A stretch of DNA of 64,000 nucleotides from Clostridiales bacterium (GTDB taxonomy: Bacteria; Bacillota; Clostridia; Christensenellales; Aristaeellaceae), in NCBI GenBank assembly GCA_004554085.1, contig SFNY01000009.1:14060-78059 (forward strand), written 5' to 3'. The notes under the pieces were generated by a model, which ran no database searches, was not told the DNA's origin, and saw only the letters and a program-made list of their open reading frames with translations. The position numbers and the translations under genes are program-made. Shown in pieces: positions 1 to 8,050 of this stretch (position 1 is the first letter of the stretch; each line of letters opens with the position of its first letter).

Positions 1-869
1 TCGTGATGATCGACGTCAACACCAAGAAGGCGCTGGGCGAGGCCATGGACATCCGTCAGGGCACGCCGTTTATGCAGCCCTGCAAGATCTACGCAGGCAG
101 CTATGAGGACGCGGCGGGTTCCGACATCGTCATCGTCACGTCCGGCATCGCCCGCAAGCCCGGCCAGACCCGCCTGGAGCTGTGCCAGATCAACGTCAAC
201 ATTCTCAAGTCCATTACGCCCCAGATCGTGAAGTACGCGCCGGACGCGCTGTACGTGTTCGTCAGCAACCCGGTGGACGTGCTGACCTACGCCTTCAACC
301 GCATCTCCGGCATACCGGAGAGCCGCATCATCGGCTCCGGCACGCTGCTGGACAGCGCGCGCCTGCGCACCCGCATCGCCGAGTGCCTGTCCATCAGCCA
401 CAAGGATGTGCACGCCTTCGTGCTGGGTGAGCACGGCGACAGCTCCTTTGTGCCGTGGAACTCCGTGCGCATCTCCTCGGTGAGCCTTGCCGACTACCGC
501 AAGCACCTGAACTACCGCGAGGACTTCGCCGCGGAGCTGAACCTGGATGAGATCGAGAACTACATCCGCACCTCCGGCGGCAAGATCATCCAGCGCAAGG
601 GCGCGACCTTCTATGCCATCGCCGTGTCCGTGTGCGACATCGTCAAGACCCTGCTCAACGGCAGCGACTCCGTGCTCTGCGTCTCCAGCATGATGCACGG
701 CGAATTCGGCATCGAGGACGTGTGCCTGAGCATTCCCACCATCGTCAACGGCCAGGGCATCAAGGGCACGCTGCTGCCGGATCTCACGCCGGACGAGGTC
801 GCACAGCTCCAGCACAGCGCCGAGGTGCTCAAGGGCGTCATCTCCCAGATCGACTACAGCCAGAACTGA
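1..869 (+). CDS. ldh: L-lactate dehydrogenase (NAD-dependent), 5' end cut by window edge
   Basis: ORF 3..869. LDH signatures 'GIARKPGQTRLEL' (substrate loop) and 'GEHGDSSFVPWN' (catalytic His region). The N-terminal Rossmann segment is missing because the window starts inside the gene. Confidence 0.85.
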   Translation, partial: VMIDVNTKKALGEAMDIRQGTPFMQPCKIYAGSYEDAAGSDIVIVTSGIARKPGQTRLELCQINVNILKSITPQIVKYAPDALYVFVSNPVDVLTYAFNRISGIPESRIIGSGTLLDSARLRTRIAECLSISHKDVHAFVLGEHGDSSFVPWNSVRISSVSLADYRKHLNYREDFAAELNLDEIENYIRTSGGKIIQRKGATFYAIAVSVCDIVKTLLNGSDSVLCVSSMMHGEFGIEDVCLSIPTIVNGQGIKGTLLPDLTPDEVAQLQHSAEVLKGVISQIDYSQN

Positions 870-933
870 TTCCCGGCGGACATTCGGGCCGCTGAACTCC
901 AACGACGATGGTTTTGAGGAGCGATGAACAGAC

Positions 934-1725
934 ATGATTTACAGCTATTATCCCGGTTGCACGCTGAGCACCAAGGCGAAGGAGCTGGACCGCTGCGGTC
1001 GGCTCGCCGCGCAGGCGCTGGGCGTTGAGCTGGAGGAAATCGAGAACTGGCAGTGCTGCGGCGCGGTCTACCCCCAGGCCGAGGATGAGATCGCGACCAA
1101 GCTGTCGGCGGTGCGCGCGCTGAACGCGGCGAAGGAGAAGAACCAGCCTCTGCTCACACTCTGCTCCGCCTGCCATCACGTGATTAAGCGCGTGAACGAC
1201 GACATGGCGAACAACGAGTACATCCGCACCCGCGCGAACAACTACCTGAAGCTGGACGCGCCTTATGCGGGCGAGACCAATGTGGTGCACTACCTCGAGA
1301 TGCTGCGCGACGCGGTGGGCTTTGACAAGATCAAGGCAGCGGTTAAGAAGCCGCTCAAGGGCGTGAAGATCGCCGCCTACTACGGCTGCTTGCTGCTGCG
1401 CCCCAGCGGCGTGATGGCCTTCGACGATCCGGAGAACCCGCAGATCATCGAGGACTTCATCCGCGCCATCGGCGCGACTCCGGTGATTTACAGCCAGCGC
1501 AACGAGTGCTGCGGCGGCTACATGGCCATGGAGGACGAGGGCTACGCACGCAGGCGCGTGGAGCGCATCCTTGCCTCCGCTGCCGAGGCTGGCGCGGAGG
1601 AGATCATCACCGCATGCCCGCTGTGCATGTACAATCTGGCGCACAACGCCGGAGATACAAAGCTTCCGGTGAAGTACTTCACGGAGCTTCTGTATCAGGC
1701 GCTGGGTCTTGGAGAGGAGGCGTAA
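934..1725 (+). CDS. hdrB: Heterodisulfide reductase subunit B-like protein (two CCG domains)
   Basis: 263 aa with GAGGAG RBS upstream. Two CCG-type Cys patterns: PGC..QCCG..CSAC and YGC..ECCGG..CPLC. Confidence 0.85.
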   Translation: MIYSYYPGCTLSTKAKELDRCGRLAAQALGVELEEIENWQCCGAVYPQAEDEIATKLSAVRALNAAKEKNQPLLTLCSACHHVIKRVNDDMANNEYIRTRANNYLKLDAPYAGETNVVHYLEMLRDAVGFDKIKAAVKKPLKGVKIAAYYGCLLLRPSGVMAFDDPENPQIIEDFIRAIGATPVIYSQRNECCGGYMAMEDEGYARRRVERILASAAEAGAEEIITACPLCMYNLAHNAGDTKLPVKYFTELLYQALGLGEEA

Positions 1726-1728
1726 TGA

Positions 1729-2115
1729 ATGGAAGATAAGTACCTTTCCGAACAGATTCTGCGCATGAGCGGCGTAAATCCGAAGAAGTGCATGAAGTGT
1801 GGCAAGTGCTCCGCCACCTGCCCGGCCTACGACGAGATGGAGTACCATCCCCATCAGTTCGTCACCATGGTGCAGAAGGGGCGGATCGAGGAGCTGATGA
1901 ACTCCAAGTCCATCTACATGTGCCTGAGCTGCTTTGCGTGCCTGGAACGCTGCCCGCGCAACGTGGAGCCGGCGAAGCTGATCGAGGCCGTGCGCCTGGC
2001 GGTGGTGCGCCAGCAGGGCATGAACCATATGAAGCCGGACGATGTGCCCGCACTCTTGAACAGCGACCTTCCGCAGCAGGCCATCGTCACGGCCATGCGC
2101 AAGTACAACAAGTGA
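1729..2115 (+). CDS. hdrC: Heterodisulfide reductase subunit C-like 2x[4Fe-4S] protein
   Basis: 128 aa, starting 3 nt after the hdrB stop. Motifs 'CMKCGKCSATCP' and 'CLSCFACLERCP'. Confidence 0.85.
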   Translation: MEDKYLSEQILRMSGVNPKKCMKCGKCSATCPAYDEMEYHPHQFVTMVQKGRIEELMNSKSIYMCLSCFACLERCPRNVEPAKLIEAVRLAVVRQQGMNHMKPDDVPALLNSDLPQQAIVTAMRKYNK

Positions 2116-2130
2116 TAGGAGACAACGATC

Positions 2131-4122
2131 ATGCATAAGATTGGCGTTTTTGTATGCTGGTGCGGAAGCAACATCGCCGCGACCGTGGACGTCAAGCGCG
2201 TCGCGGAGGCGGTGAAGTCGGAACCCGGCGTTGTCTTCAGCACGGATTATCAGTACATGTGCTCCGAGAATGGTCAGGCCACGATTCGCAATGCCATCAA
2301 AGAGTACAAGCTCGACGGCATCGTGGTCTGCTCCTGTTCGCCGCGCATGCACGAGGCCACCTTCCGCAAGACGGCGCTGACCGCGGGGCTGAATCCCTAC
2401 ATGGTGGAGATCGCCAACATCCGCGAGCAGTGCTCCTGGATTCACAAGGACATGCCCGAGGGCACCGAGAAGGCCATCATCCTGGCCCGTGCCGCCATCG
2501 CCAAGGTGCAGCGCAACGCGCCCCTGGTTGCGGGCAGCAGCCCGGTCACCAAGCGCGCGCTGGTCATCGGCGGCGGCATCGCCGGCATTCAGACCGCGCT
2601 GGACGTGGCCGAGGCGGGCTATGAGGTGGATATCGTAGAAAAGTCGCCCACCATCGGCGGACGCATGGCCCAGCTGGACAAAACCTTCCCGACGCTGGAC
2701 TGCGCGGCCTGCATCCTGACCCCCAAGATGGTGGACGCGTCCCAGAACGAAAAGATCAACCTGATCACCTACGCCGAGCTGGAGAGCGTGAGCGGCTTCG
2801 TGGGCAACTTCACCGCGAAGATTCGCAAGAAGGCGCGGTATGTGGACGAGGACAAGTGCACGGGCTGCGGCGTGTGCACCGAGAAGTGCCCCTCCCGCAA
2901 GGGCCTCAACGAGTTCAACATGGGCCTGAACACCCGCGGTGCGGTGTACATTCCCTTCGCCCAGGCGATTCCCAACGTGGCGGTGATCGACAAGAGCCAG
3001 TGCCTGCACTTCAGAACCGGCAAGTGCGGCCTGTGCGAGAAGAACTGCTCCGCCGGGGCCATCAAGTTTGACCAGACCGAGGAGATCCTGGAGCGCAAGT
3101 ACGGCGCGATCATCGTGGCCACGGGCTTTAAGCCCATTGACGCTTCCGCCTTCGACGAGTACGCCTACTGTCAGTCGAAGGACGTGGTGACGAGCCTCGA
3201 GTTCGAGCGACTGATGAACGCCGCAGGCCCCAGCAAGGGAACGCTGGTGTGCCCCAGCGATGGCCGCCATCCCAAGGAGATTGTGTTCGTGCAGTGCGTG
3301 GGCTCCCGCTGCAGCTCTGACGCCAGCAAGGGCAAGGAGTACTGCTCCAAGATCTGCTGCATGTACACCGCCAAGCACGCCATGCTGGTGCGCGAGAAGT
3401 ACCCGGACGTGAAGGTGCACGTGTTCTACATCGACGTGCGCACCCCGGGCAAGAACTTCGATGAATTCTACCGCCGCGCTGTGGAGCAGTACGACGTGGA
3501 CTACATCAAGGGCCAGGTGGGCAAGGTGAGCGTCGAGAACGGCCGCCTGCACGTGCAGGGCAGCAACCTGATCGACAACGAGCAGGTGCACATCGACTGC
3601 GACATGGTGGTGCTGGCCACCGCCATCGAGCCCGATCCCACTGCGCGCGCCATCGGCACCATGCTGACCGCCAGCATGGACACCAACGACTTCTTCACCG
3701 AGGCCCATCCCAAGCTGCGCCCGGTGGAGAGCCCCACCGCCGGTGTGTTCCTCTCCGGCGTGTGCCAGGGCCCCAAGGACATCCCCGAGACCGTGGCCCA
3801 GGCCAGCGCCGCCGCGGCGAAGGTCATCGGCCTGCTCTCCAAGGACAGCCTGACCTGCAATCCCTGCGTGGCGAGCGCCAATCCGCTGCTGTGCAACGGC
3901 TGCTCCCAGTGCGAGAACGTATGTCCCTACGGCGCCATCAGTTACGAGGACAGGGAGGTTCGCGGGCCGGAGTTCCGCGGCGTGAAGCGCGTGGCCGTGG
4001 TCAATGAGGCCGTGTGCCAGGGCTGCGGCGCATGCACCGTCACCTGCCCGTCCACCGCGATGGATTTGAAGGGCTTCTCCAACGAACAGATCATGTCGGA
4101 GGTGGATGCGATATGCCGGTAA
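2131..4122 (+). CDS. hdrA: Heterodisulfide reductase subunit A-like FAD/FeS flavoprotein
   Basis: 663 aa. N-terminal 'VCWCGSNIA', FAD motif 'VIGGGIAGIQTA', and ferredoxin motifs 'CTGCGVCTEKCP', 'CNGCSQCENVCP', 'CQGCGACTVTCP'. Confidence 0.9.
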   Translation: MHKIGVFVCWCGSNIAATVDVKRVAEAVKSEPGVVFSTDYQYMCSENGQATIRNAIKEYKLDGIVVCSCSPRMHEATFRKTALTAGLNPYMVEIANIREQCSWIHKDMPEGTEKAIILARAAIAKVQRNAPLVAGSSPVTKRALVIGGGIAGIQTALDVAEAGYEVDIVEKSPTIGGRMAQLDKTFPTLDCAACILTPKMVDASQNEKINLITYAELESVSGFVGNFTAKIRKKARYVDEDKCTGCGVCTEKCPSRKGLNEFNMGLNTRGAVYIPFAQAIPNVAVIDKSQCLHFRTGKCGLCEKNCSAGAIKFDQTEEILERKYGAIIVATGFKPIDASAFDEYAYCQSKDVVTSLEFERLMNAAGPSKGTLVCPSDGRHPKEIVFVQCVGSRCSSDASKGKEYCSKICCMYTAKHAMLVREKYPDVKVHVFYIDVRTPGKNFDEFYRRAVEQYDVDYIKGQVGKVSVENGRLHVQGSNLIDNEQVHIDCDMVVLATAIEPDPTARAIGTMLTASMDTNDFFTEAHPKLRPVESPTAGVFLSGVCQGPKDIPETVAQASAAAAKVIGLLSKDSLTCNPCVASANPLLCNGCSQCENVCPYGAISYEDREVRGPEFRGVKRVAVVNEAVCQGCGACTVTCPSTAMDLKGFSNEQIMSEVDAICR

Positions 4123-4553
4123 AGAATGAGAATTGGACGCCCACCATCGTTGCCTTCTGCTGCAACTGGTGCTCCTATGCGGGTGCGGATCTGGCGGGTT
4201 CCAGCCGCCTGAGCTATCCGGCGAACGTGAAGATCATCCGCATTCCCTGCTCCTGCCGCCTCAATCCGCTGTTTGTGCTGCGCGCCTTCCAGCGGGGTGC
4301 GGACGGCGTGATCCTCTGCGGCTGCCATCCGGGTGACTGCCACTACACCACCGGCAACTACTACGCCCGCCGCCGCATGACGCTGCTGTTCTCCATGCTG
4401 GACTACCTGGGCATCGACCGCCGCCGCACCCGCGTGGAGTGGGTGTCCGCAGCGGAGGGTGCGAAGTTCTCCGCAACCATGAACGACTTCGCCAAGACCA
4501 TCACGGAGCTGGGCGAAAACAAGAAACTGGGGGATCTCAGATGCAAAGAATGA
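4113..4553 (+). CDS. mvhD: MvhD/FlpD (FlxD)-type 2Fe-2S electron-transfer protein
   Basis: Internal ATG at 4113 of ORF 4014..4553, overlapping the hdrA stop by 10 nt. 'FCCNWCSYAGADLAG..IRIPCSCRLNP..ILCGCHPGDCHY' is the MvhD signature. Confidence 0.85.
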   Translation: MPVKNENWTPTIVAFCCNWCSYAGADLAGSSRLSYPANVKIIRIPCSCRLNPLFVLRAFQRGADGVILCGCHPGDCHYTTGNYYARRRMTLLFSMLDYLGIDRRRTRVEWVSAAEGAKFSATMNDFAKTITELGENKKLGDLRCKE

Positions 4554-5512
4554 TGATTGACAGGGCGAAGGAACTCCTCGCCAGCGGTCAGGTCAACCGC
4601 GTCCTCGGCTGGGAGCAGGGCGAGCATTCCTGGGATCGCACGCCCGCGTTCTTTGACGAGGGGAACATCGAAAACCTCAAGTACGACGGCTTCTGTGGGC
4701 CGAACGTGAGCAAATATCTGGTGGGCGAGGCCGCCAAGGACGGCGCGGTGCTGGCCTTCCTCAAGCCCTGCGACAGCTGGAGCTTCAACCAGCTGGCCAC
4801 CGAGCACCGCATCAACACTGAAAAGATCTACGCAATCGGCGTGGGCTGCCGGGGCAAGATCGACGTGGAGAAGGTTCGTGCCAAGGGGATCAAGGGCATC
4901 CTCGACATTGCGGAGGACGGCGATACCCTTAAGGTACACACCCTCTACGGCGACAGCACCGTCGAGCGCAGGGAAGTTCTGCTGGACAAGTGCCTCTCCT
5001 GCAAGGGCAAGGAGCACAAGGCAGGTGCGGAATTCATCGGCGAGTCTGAGGAGACCAGCGTGGGCGACAAGTTTGAGCTGGTCGCAAAGCTCGAAGCCAT
5101 GACTCCGGACGAGCGCTTCGCCTTCTGGAGGAGCGAGCTTTCCAAGTGCATCCGCTGCAACGCCTGCCGCAACGTCTGCCCGGCGTGCAGCTGCATCAAG
5201 TGTGTGTTTGACAATCCCCACACGGGCGTTCAGAACAAGGCCGCTGCGGACGACTTCGAGGAGAACCTCTTCCACATCATCCGCGCCTTCCACGTGGCCG
5301 GACGCTGCACCGACTGCGGCGAGTGCAGCCGCGTGTGCCCTCAGGGCATTCCGCTGCACCTGCTGAACCGCAAGTTCATCAAGGATATCGACGAGCTCTA
5401 CGGCGAGTATCGCGCGGGTGCGGAGATCGGCCAGCGCCACCCGCTGGAGAACTTCGACAAGGGCGACTGTGAGCCCAGCATCGTGCACGAGAGGGGAGGG
5501 AGCGCCCAATGA
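4541..5512 (+). CDS. FlxC-like iron-sulfur protein (4Fe-4S dicluster; F420-hydrogenase-beta/AsrA-related)
   Basis: ATG at 4541 inside ORF 4439..5512, overlapping the mvhD stop by 13 nt. Motifs 'CIRCNACRNVCPACSC' and 'CTDCGECSRVCP'. Size and position match FlxC of Flx-Hdr clusters. Confidence 0.7.
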   Translation: MQRMMIDRAKELLASGQVNRVLGWEQGEHSWDRTPAFFDEGNIENLKYDGFCGPNVSKYLVGEAAKDGAVLAFLKPCDSWSFNQLATEHRINTEKIYAIGVGCRGKIDVEKVRAKGIKGILDIAEDGDTLKVHTLYGDSTVERREVLLDKCLSCKGKEHKAGAEFIGESEETSVGDKFELVAKLEAMTPDERFAFWRSELSKCIRCNACRNVCPACSCIKCVFDNPHTGVQNKAAADDFEENLFHIIRAFHVAGRCTDCGECSRVCPQGIPLHLLNRKFIKDIDELYGEYRAGAEIGQRHPLENFDKGDCEPSIVHERGGSAQ

Positions 5513-6522
5513 AGAAGATCGCAATGGCGTCCCTGAACGCTCTGTTTGCAAGGATTGCGACGGACAAGAAGCTCTATCTGCCCATCGAGAAGGCGGGCAA
5601 GGTGGACTTCTACGAGTGGAGCGAGGGCGAAAATGTGCGCCTGGACGCGCTCAAGACCGTGAAGTCCGCCAAGGACGTGTTCTTCCCGCAGGTGGAGAAC
5701 CTGCTGAAGTTCCGCGTGGAGGGCAAGTCCATCGAGATCAATCAGGCCCCGCTGTGCGAGGAGGACTTCGTGATCTTCGGCGTGCGCGGCTGCGACGCGA
5801 AGAGCTTCGAGATTCTGGATCGCGTGTTCCTGGTGGATCCCCGCGATGAATTCTACGCATCCCGCCGCGCCCACGGCATCGTGGTCACGCTGGCCTGCGG
5901 CGAGCCCGAGGAGAGCTGCTTCTGCACAAATTTCGGCGTGAATCCCGCCAATCCCGGCGGCGACGTGACCGCCTGGATCGTGGGCGAGGAAATGCTGCTC
6001 CAGGCCAATACTGAAAAGGGCGAAAAGCTGATCGCGGAGCTGGACGAGGCAAATGCGAAGGCGGCTGCGGATGAGCAGGCGCGCATCTCCGAAATCGTTG
6101 AGAAGCTGCCGCTGAACGGCCTCAATCTGGAGGGCTTTGACGGCGAGCACCTGATGGAGAAGTTCAACGATCCCAAGTGGGAGGGCCTCTCCCGGGCGTG
6201 CCTGGGCTGCGGCACCTGCACCTTCGTGTGCCCCACCTGCCAGTGCTACGACATCCGCGACTTCGACAACGGCAAGTCTGTCACCCGCTACCGCTGCTGG
6301 GACAGCTGCATGTACTCCGATTTCACGCTGATGGCTGCCGAAAACAGCCGTCACACCCAGCTGCAGCGCTACCGCCAGCGCTTCATGCACAAGCTGGTGT
6401 ACTTCCCGGCGAACAACGAGGGCGTCTACTCCTGCGTGGGCTGTGGCCGCTGCGTGGAGAAGTGCCCGCAGGGACTCAACATCGTGCGGGTCATCAAGGC
6501 ACTGGGGGTGAATGAGAAATGA
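5509..6522 (+). CDS. FlxB-like iron-sulfur protein (AsrA / sulfhydrogenase-beta family)
   Basis: 337 aa with a 4-nt ATGA overlap with the upstream gene. Motifs 'CLGCGTCTFVCPTCQCYD' and 'CVGCGRCVEKCP'. Confidence 0.75.
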   Translation: MKKIAMASLNALFARIATDKKLYLPIEKAGKVDFYEWSEGENVRLDALKTVKSAKDVFFPQVENLLKFRVEGKSIEINQAPLCEEDFVIFGVRGCDAKSFEILDRVFLVDPRDEFYASRRAHGIVVTLACGEPEESCFCTNFGVNPANPGGDVTAWIVGEEMLLQANTEKGEKLIAELDEANAKAAADEQARISEIVEKLPLNGLNLEGFDGEHLMEKFNDPKWEGLSRACLGCGTCTFVCPTCQCYDIRDFDNGKSVTRYRCWDSCMYSDFTLMAAENSRHTQLQRYRQRFMHKLVYFPANNEGVYSCVGCGRCVEKCPQGLNIVRVIKALGVNEK

Positions 6523-7346
6523 CGAACAACCTGATTCCGATGCTGGGCGTCGTCACCGACATCCGCGTCGACACCCCGGACATCAAGACCTTCCGCGTGG
6601 AGAAGATCGGCGGCGGCAAGTGCTTCGAGCACCAGCCCGGCCAGTGCGCCATGCTGTCCATTCCCGGCGTGGGAGAGGCCATGTTCTCCATCACCTCATC
6701 TCCCACGCTGAAGGAGTACCAGGAGTTTTCCATTAAAAAGTGCGGCTGCCTCACCAGCTGGCTGCACCTGATGGACGTGGGCCAGCAGATCACCATCCGC
6801 GGACCCTACGGCAATCCCTTCCCGGTGGACACCGAGCTCAAGGGCAAGGATCTGCTGTTCATCGCCGGCGGCGTGGGCCTGGCTCCGCTGCACTCGGTCA
6901 TCAACTACTGCCTGGCCAAGCGCGAGAACTACGGCAAGATCGACGTGGTCTACGGCTCCCGCTCCAAGGACGACCTGCTGGACCTTCATGAGATTCAGAC
7001 CGAGTGGATGAAGCCGGAGAACGACCTGAGCGTGCACCTGACCATCGACCGCGCCCAGGAGGGCTGGGACGGCCACGTGGCCTTCGTGCCCACCTACGTC
7101 AAGGAGCTGGGCTTCGATCCCAACAAGACGGTGCTGGTCTGCGGCCCGCCGATCATGATCAAGTTCGTGCTTCAGGCGCTGGAGGAGCTGGGCTTCAAGC
7201 GCAATCAGATCTACACCACCATGGAGCTGCGCATGAAGTGCGGCATCGGCAAGTGCGGAAGGTGCAACATCGGCGACAAGTACGTCTGCAAGGACGGCCC
7301 GGTATTCCGCTTCGACCAGCTGGGCGAGCTGCCCAACGAGTATTGA
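6519..7346 (+). CDS. FlxA-like FAD/NAD(P)H-binding oxidoreductase with C-terminal 2Fe-2S (AsrB/HydG/PyrK family)
   Basis: 275 aa with a 4-nt overlap with the upstream gene. Ferredoxin-reductase fold ('LFIAGGVGLAPL') and terminal 'CGIGKCGRCNIG'. Confidence 0.8.
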   Translation: MTNNLIPMLGVVTDIRVDTPDIKTFRVEKIGGGKCFEHQPGQCAMLSIPGVGEAMFSITSSPTLKEYQEFSIKKCGCLTSWLHLMDVGQQITIRGPYGNPFPVDTELKGKDLLFIAGGVGLAPLHSVINYCLAKRENYGKIDVVYGSRSKDDLLDLHEIQTEWMKPENDLSVHLTIDRAQEGWDGHVAFVPTYVKELGFDPNKTVLVCGPPIMIKFVLQALEELGFKRNQIYTTMELRMKCGIGKCGRCNIGDKYVCKDGPVFRFDQLGELPNEY

Positions 7347-7362
7347 TTCGGAGGCGATCACA

Positions 7363-8037
7363 ATGGCAGAATTGGTCAATGTTTTTCTGTACGGCAAGAA
7401 ATATGAGGTTCCCTCCGATCTGACGATCATGGAGGCAATGGAATACGCCGGCTACAAGCTGGTGCGCGGCTGCGGCTGCCGCAACGGCTTCTGCGGCGCG
7501 TGCGCCACGGTGTACCGCATCAAGGGCGACCGCGAGCTGAAGGCCTGCCTGGCCTGCTCCACCCAGGTGCAGGACAACATGTACGTGGCGACGCTGCCCT
7601 TCTTCCCGCTCATCAAGGAGGGCTACGACATCGAGAAGGTTCCCACGGACGAGTCCATTATGATGCAGCTCTATCCGGAGATCTACGCCTGCGTGGGCTG
7701 CAACGCCTGCACCAACGCCTGCTCCCAGGGCCTGAACGTGATGCAGTACATCGCTTACGCCCAGCGCGGCGACTACAAGAAGTGCGCGGAGCTGTCCTTC
7801 GACTGCGTGATGTGCGGCATCTGCTCCTCCCGCTGCCCGGCGGGCATCTCCCATCCTCAGGTGGCCATGCTGGCCCGGCGCATCAACGGAAAGTACATCG
7901 CGCCGGAGTCCAAGCACCTCACCGAGCGCGTGAAGGAGATTCAGGACGGCCTGTGCGCGGAGGCGCTGGAGGCCATCATGGCAAAGCCCGTCGAGGAGCT
8001 CAAGGAGCTCTATAACCACCGCGACATCGAGAAGTGA
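7363..8037 (+). CDS. Succinate dehydrogenase/fumarate reductase iron-sulfur subunit-like protein
   Basis: 224 aa. N-terminal 2Fe-2S pattern 'CGCRNGFCGAC..C', then 'CVGCNACTNAC' and 'CVMCGICSSRCP', arranged as in SdhB/FrdB. Confidence 0.7.
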   Translation: MAELVNVFLYGKKYEVPSDLTIMEAMEYAGYKLVRGCGCRNGFCGACATVYRIKGDRELKACLACSTQVQDNMYVATLPFFPLIKEGYDIEKVPTDESIMMQLYPEIYACVGCNACTNACSQGLNVMQYIAYAQRGDYKKCAELSFDCVMCGICSSRCPAGISHPQVAMLARRINGKYIAPESKHLTERVKEIQDGLCAEALEAIMAKPVEELKELYNHRDIEK

Positions 8038-8050
8038 GGAGGGCGGCAGT

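Noticed and set aside
838-3708. A 956-aa minus-strand ORF opposite hdrB, hdrC and hdrA. Similar long antisense ORFs occur at 4403..5551, 5398..6390, 8000..9712, 10850..12493, 12447..13913 and 49590..51413 (minus strand), and at 21187..22443, 22421..23494, 25409..27631, 41053..43263, 43498..45438, 46257..48455, 57605..59593 and 59594..60898 (plus strand).
   Set aside because: Each lies opposite a gene with clear conserved motifs. All have biased, repetitive composition and no recognisable motifs or ribosome-binding sites.
2131-4122. Checked hdrA and neighbouring redox genes for in-frame TGA (selenocysteine) codons, as occur in some Hdr/Mvh/Fdh proteins.
   Set aside because: All these ORFs are continuous without internal stops, and Cys occupies the relevant motif positions.
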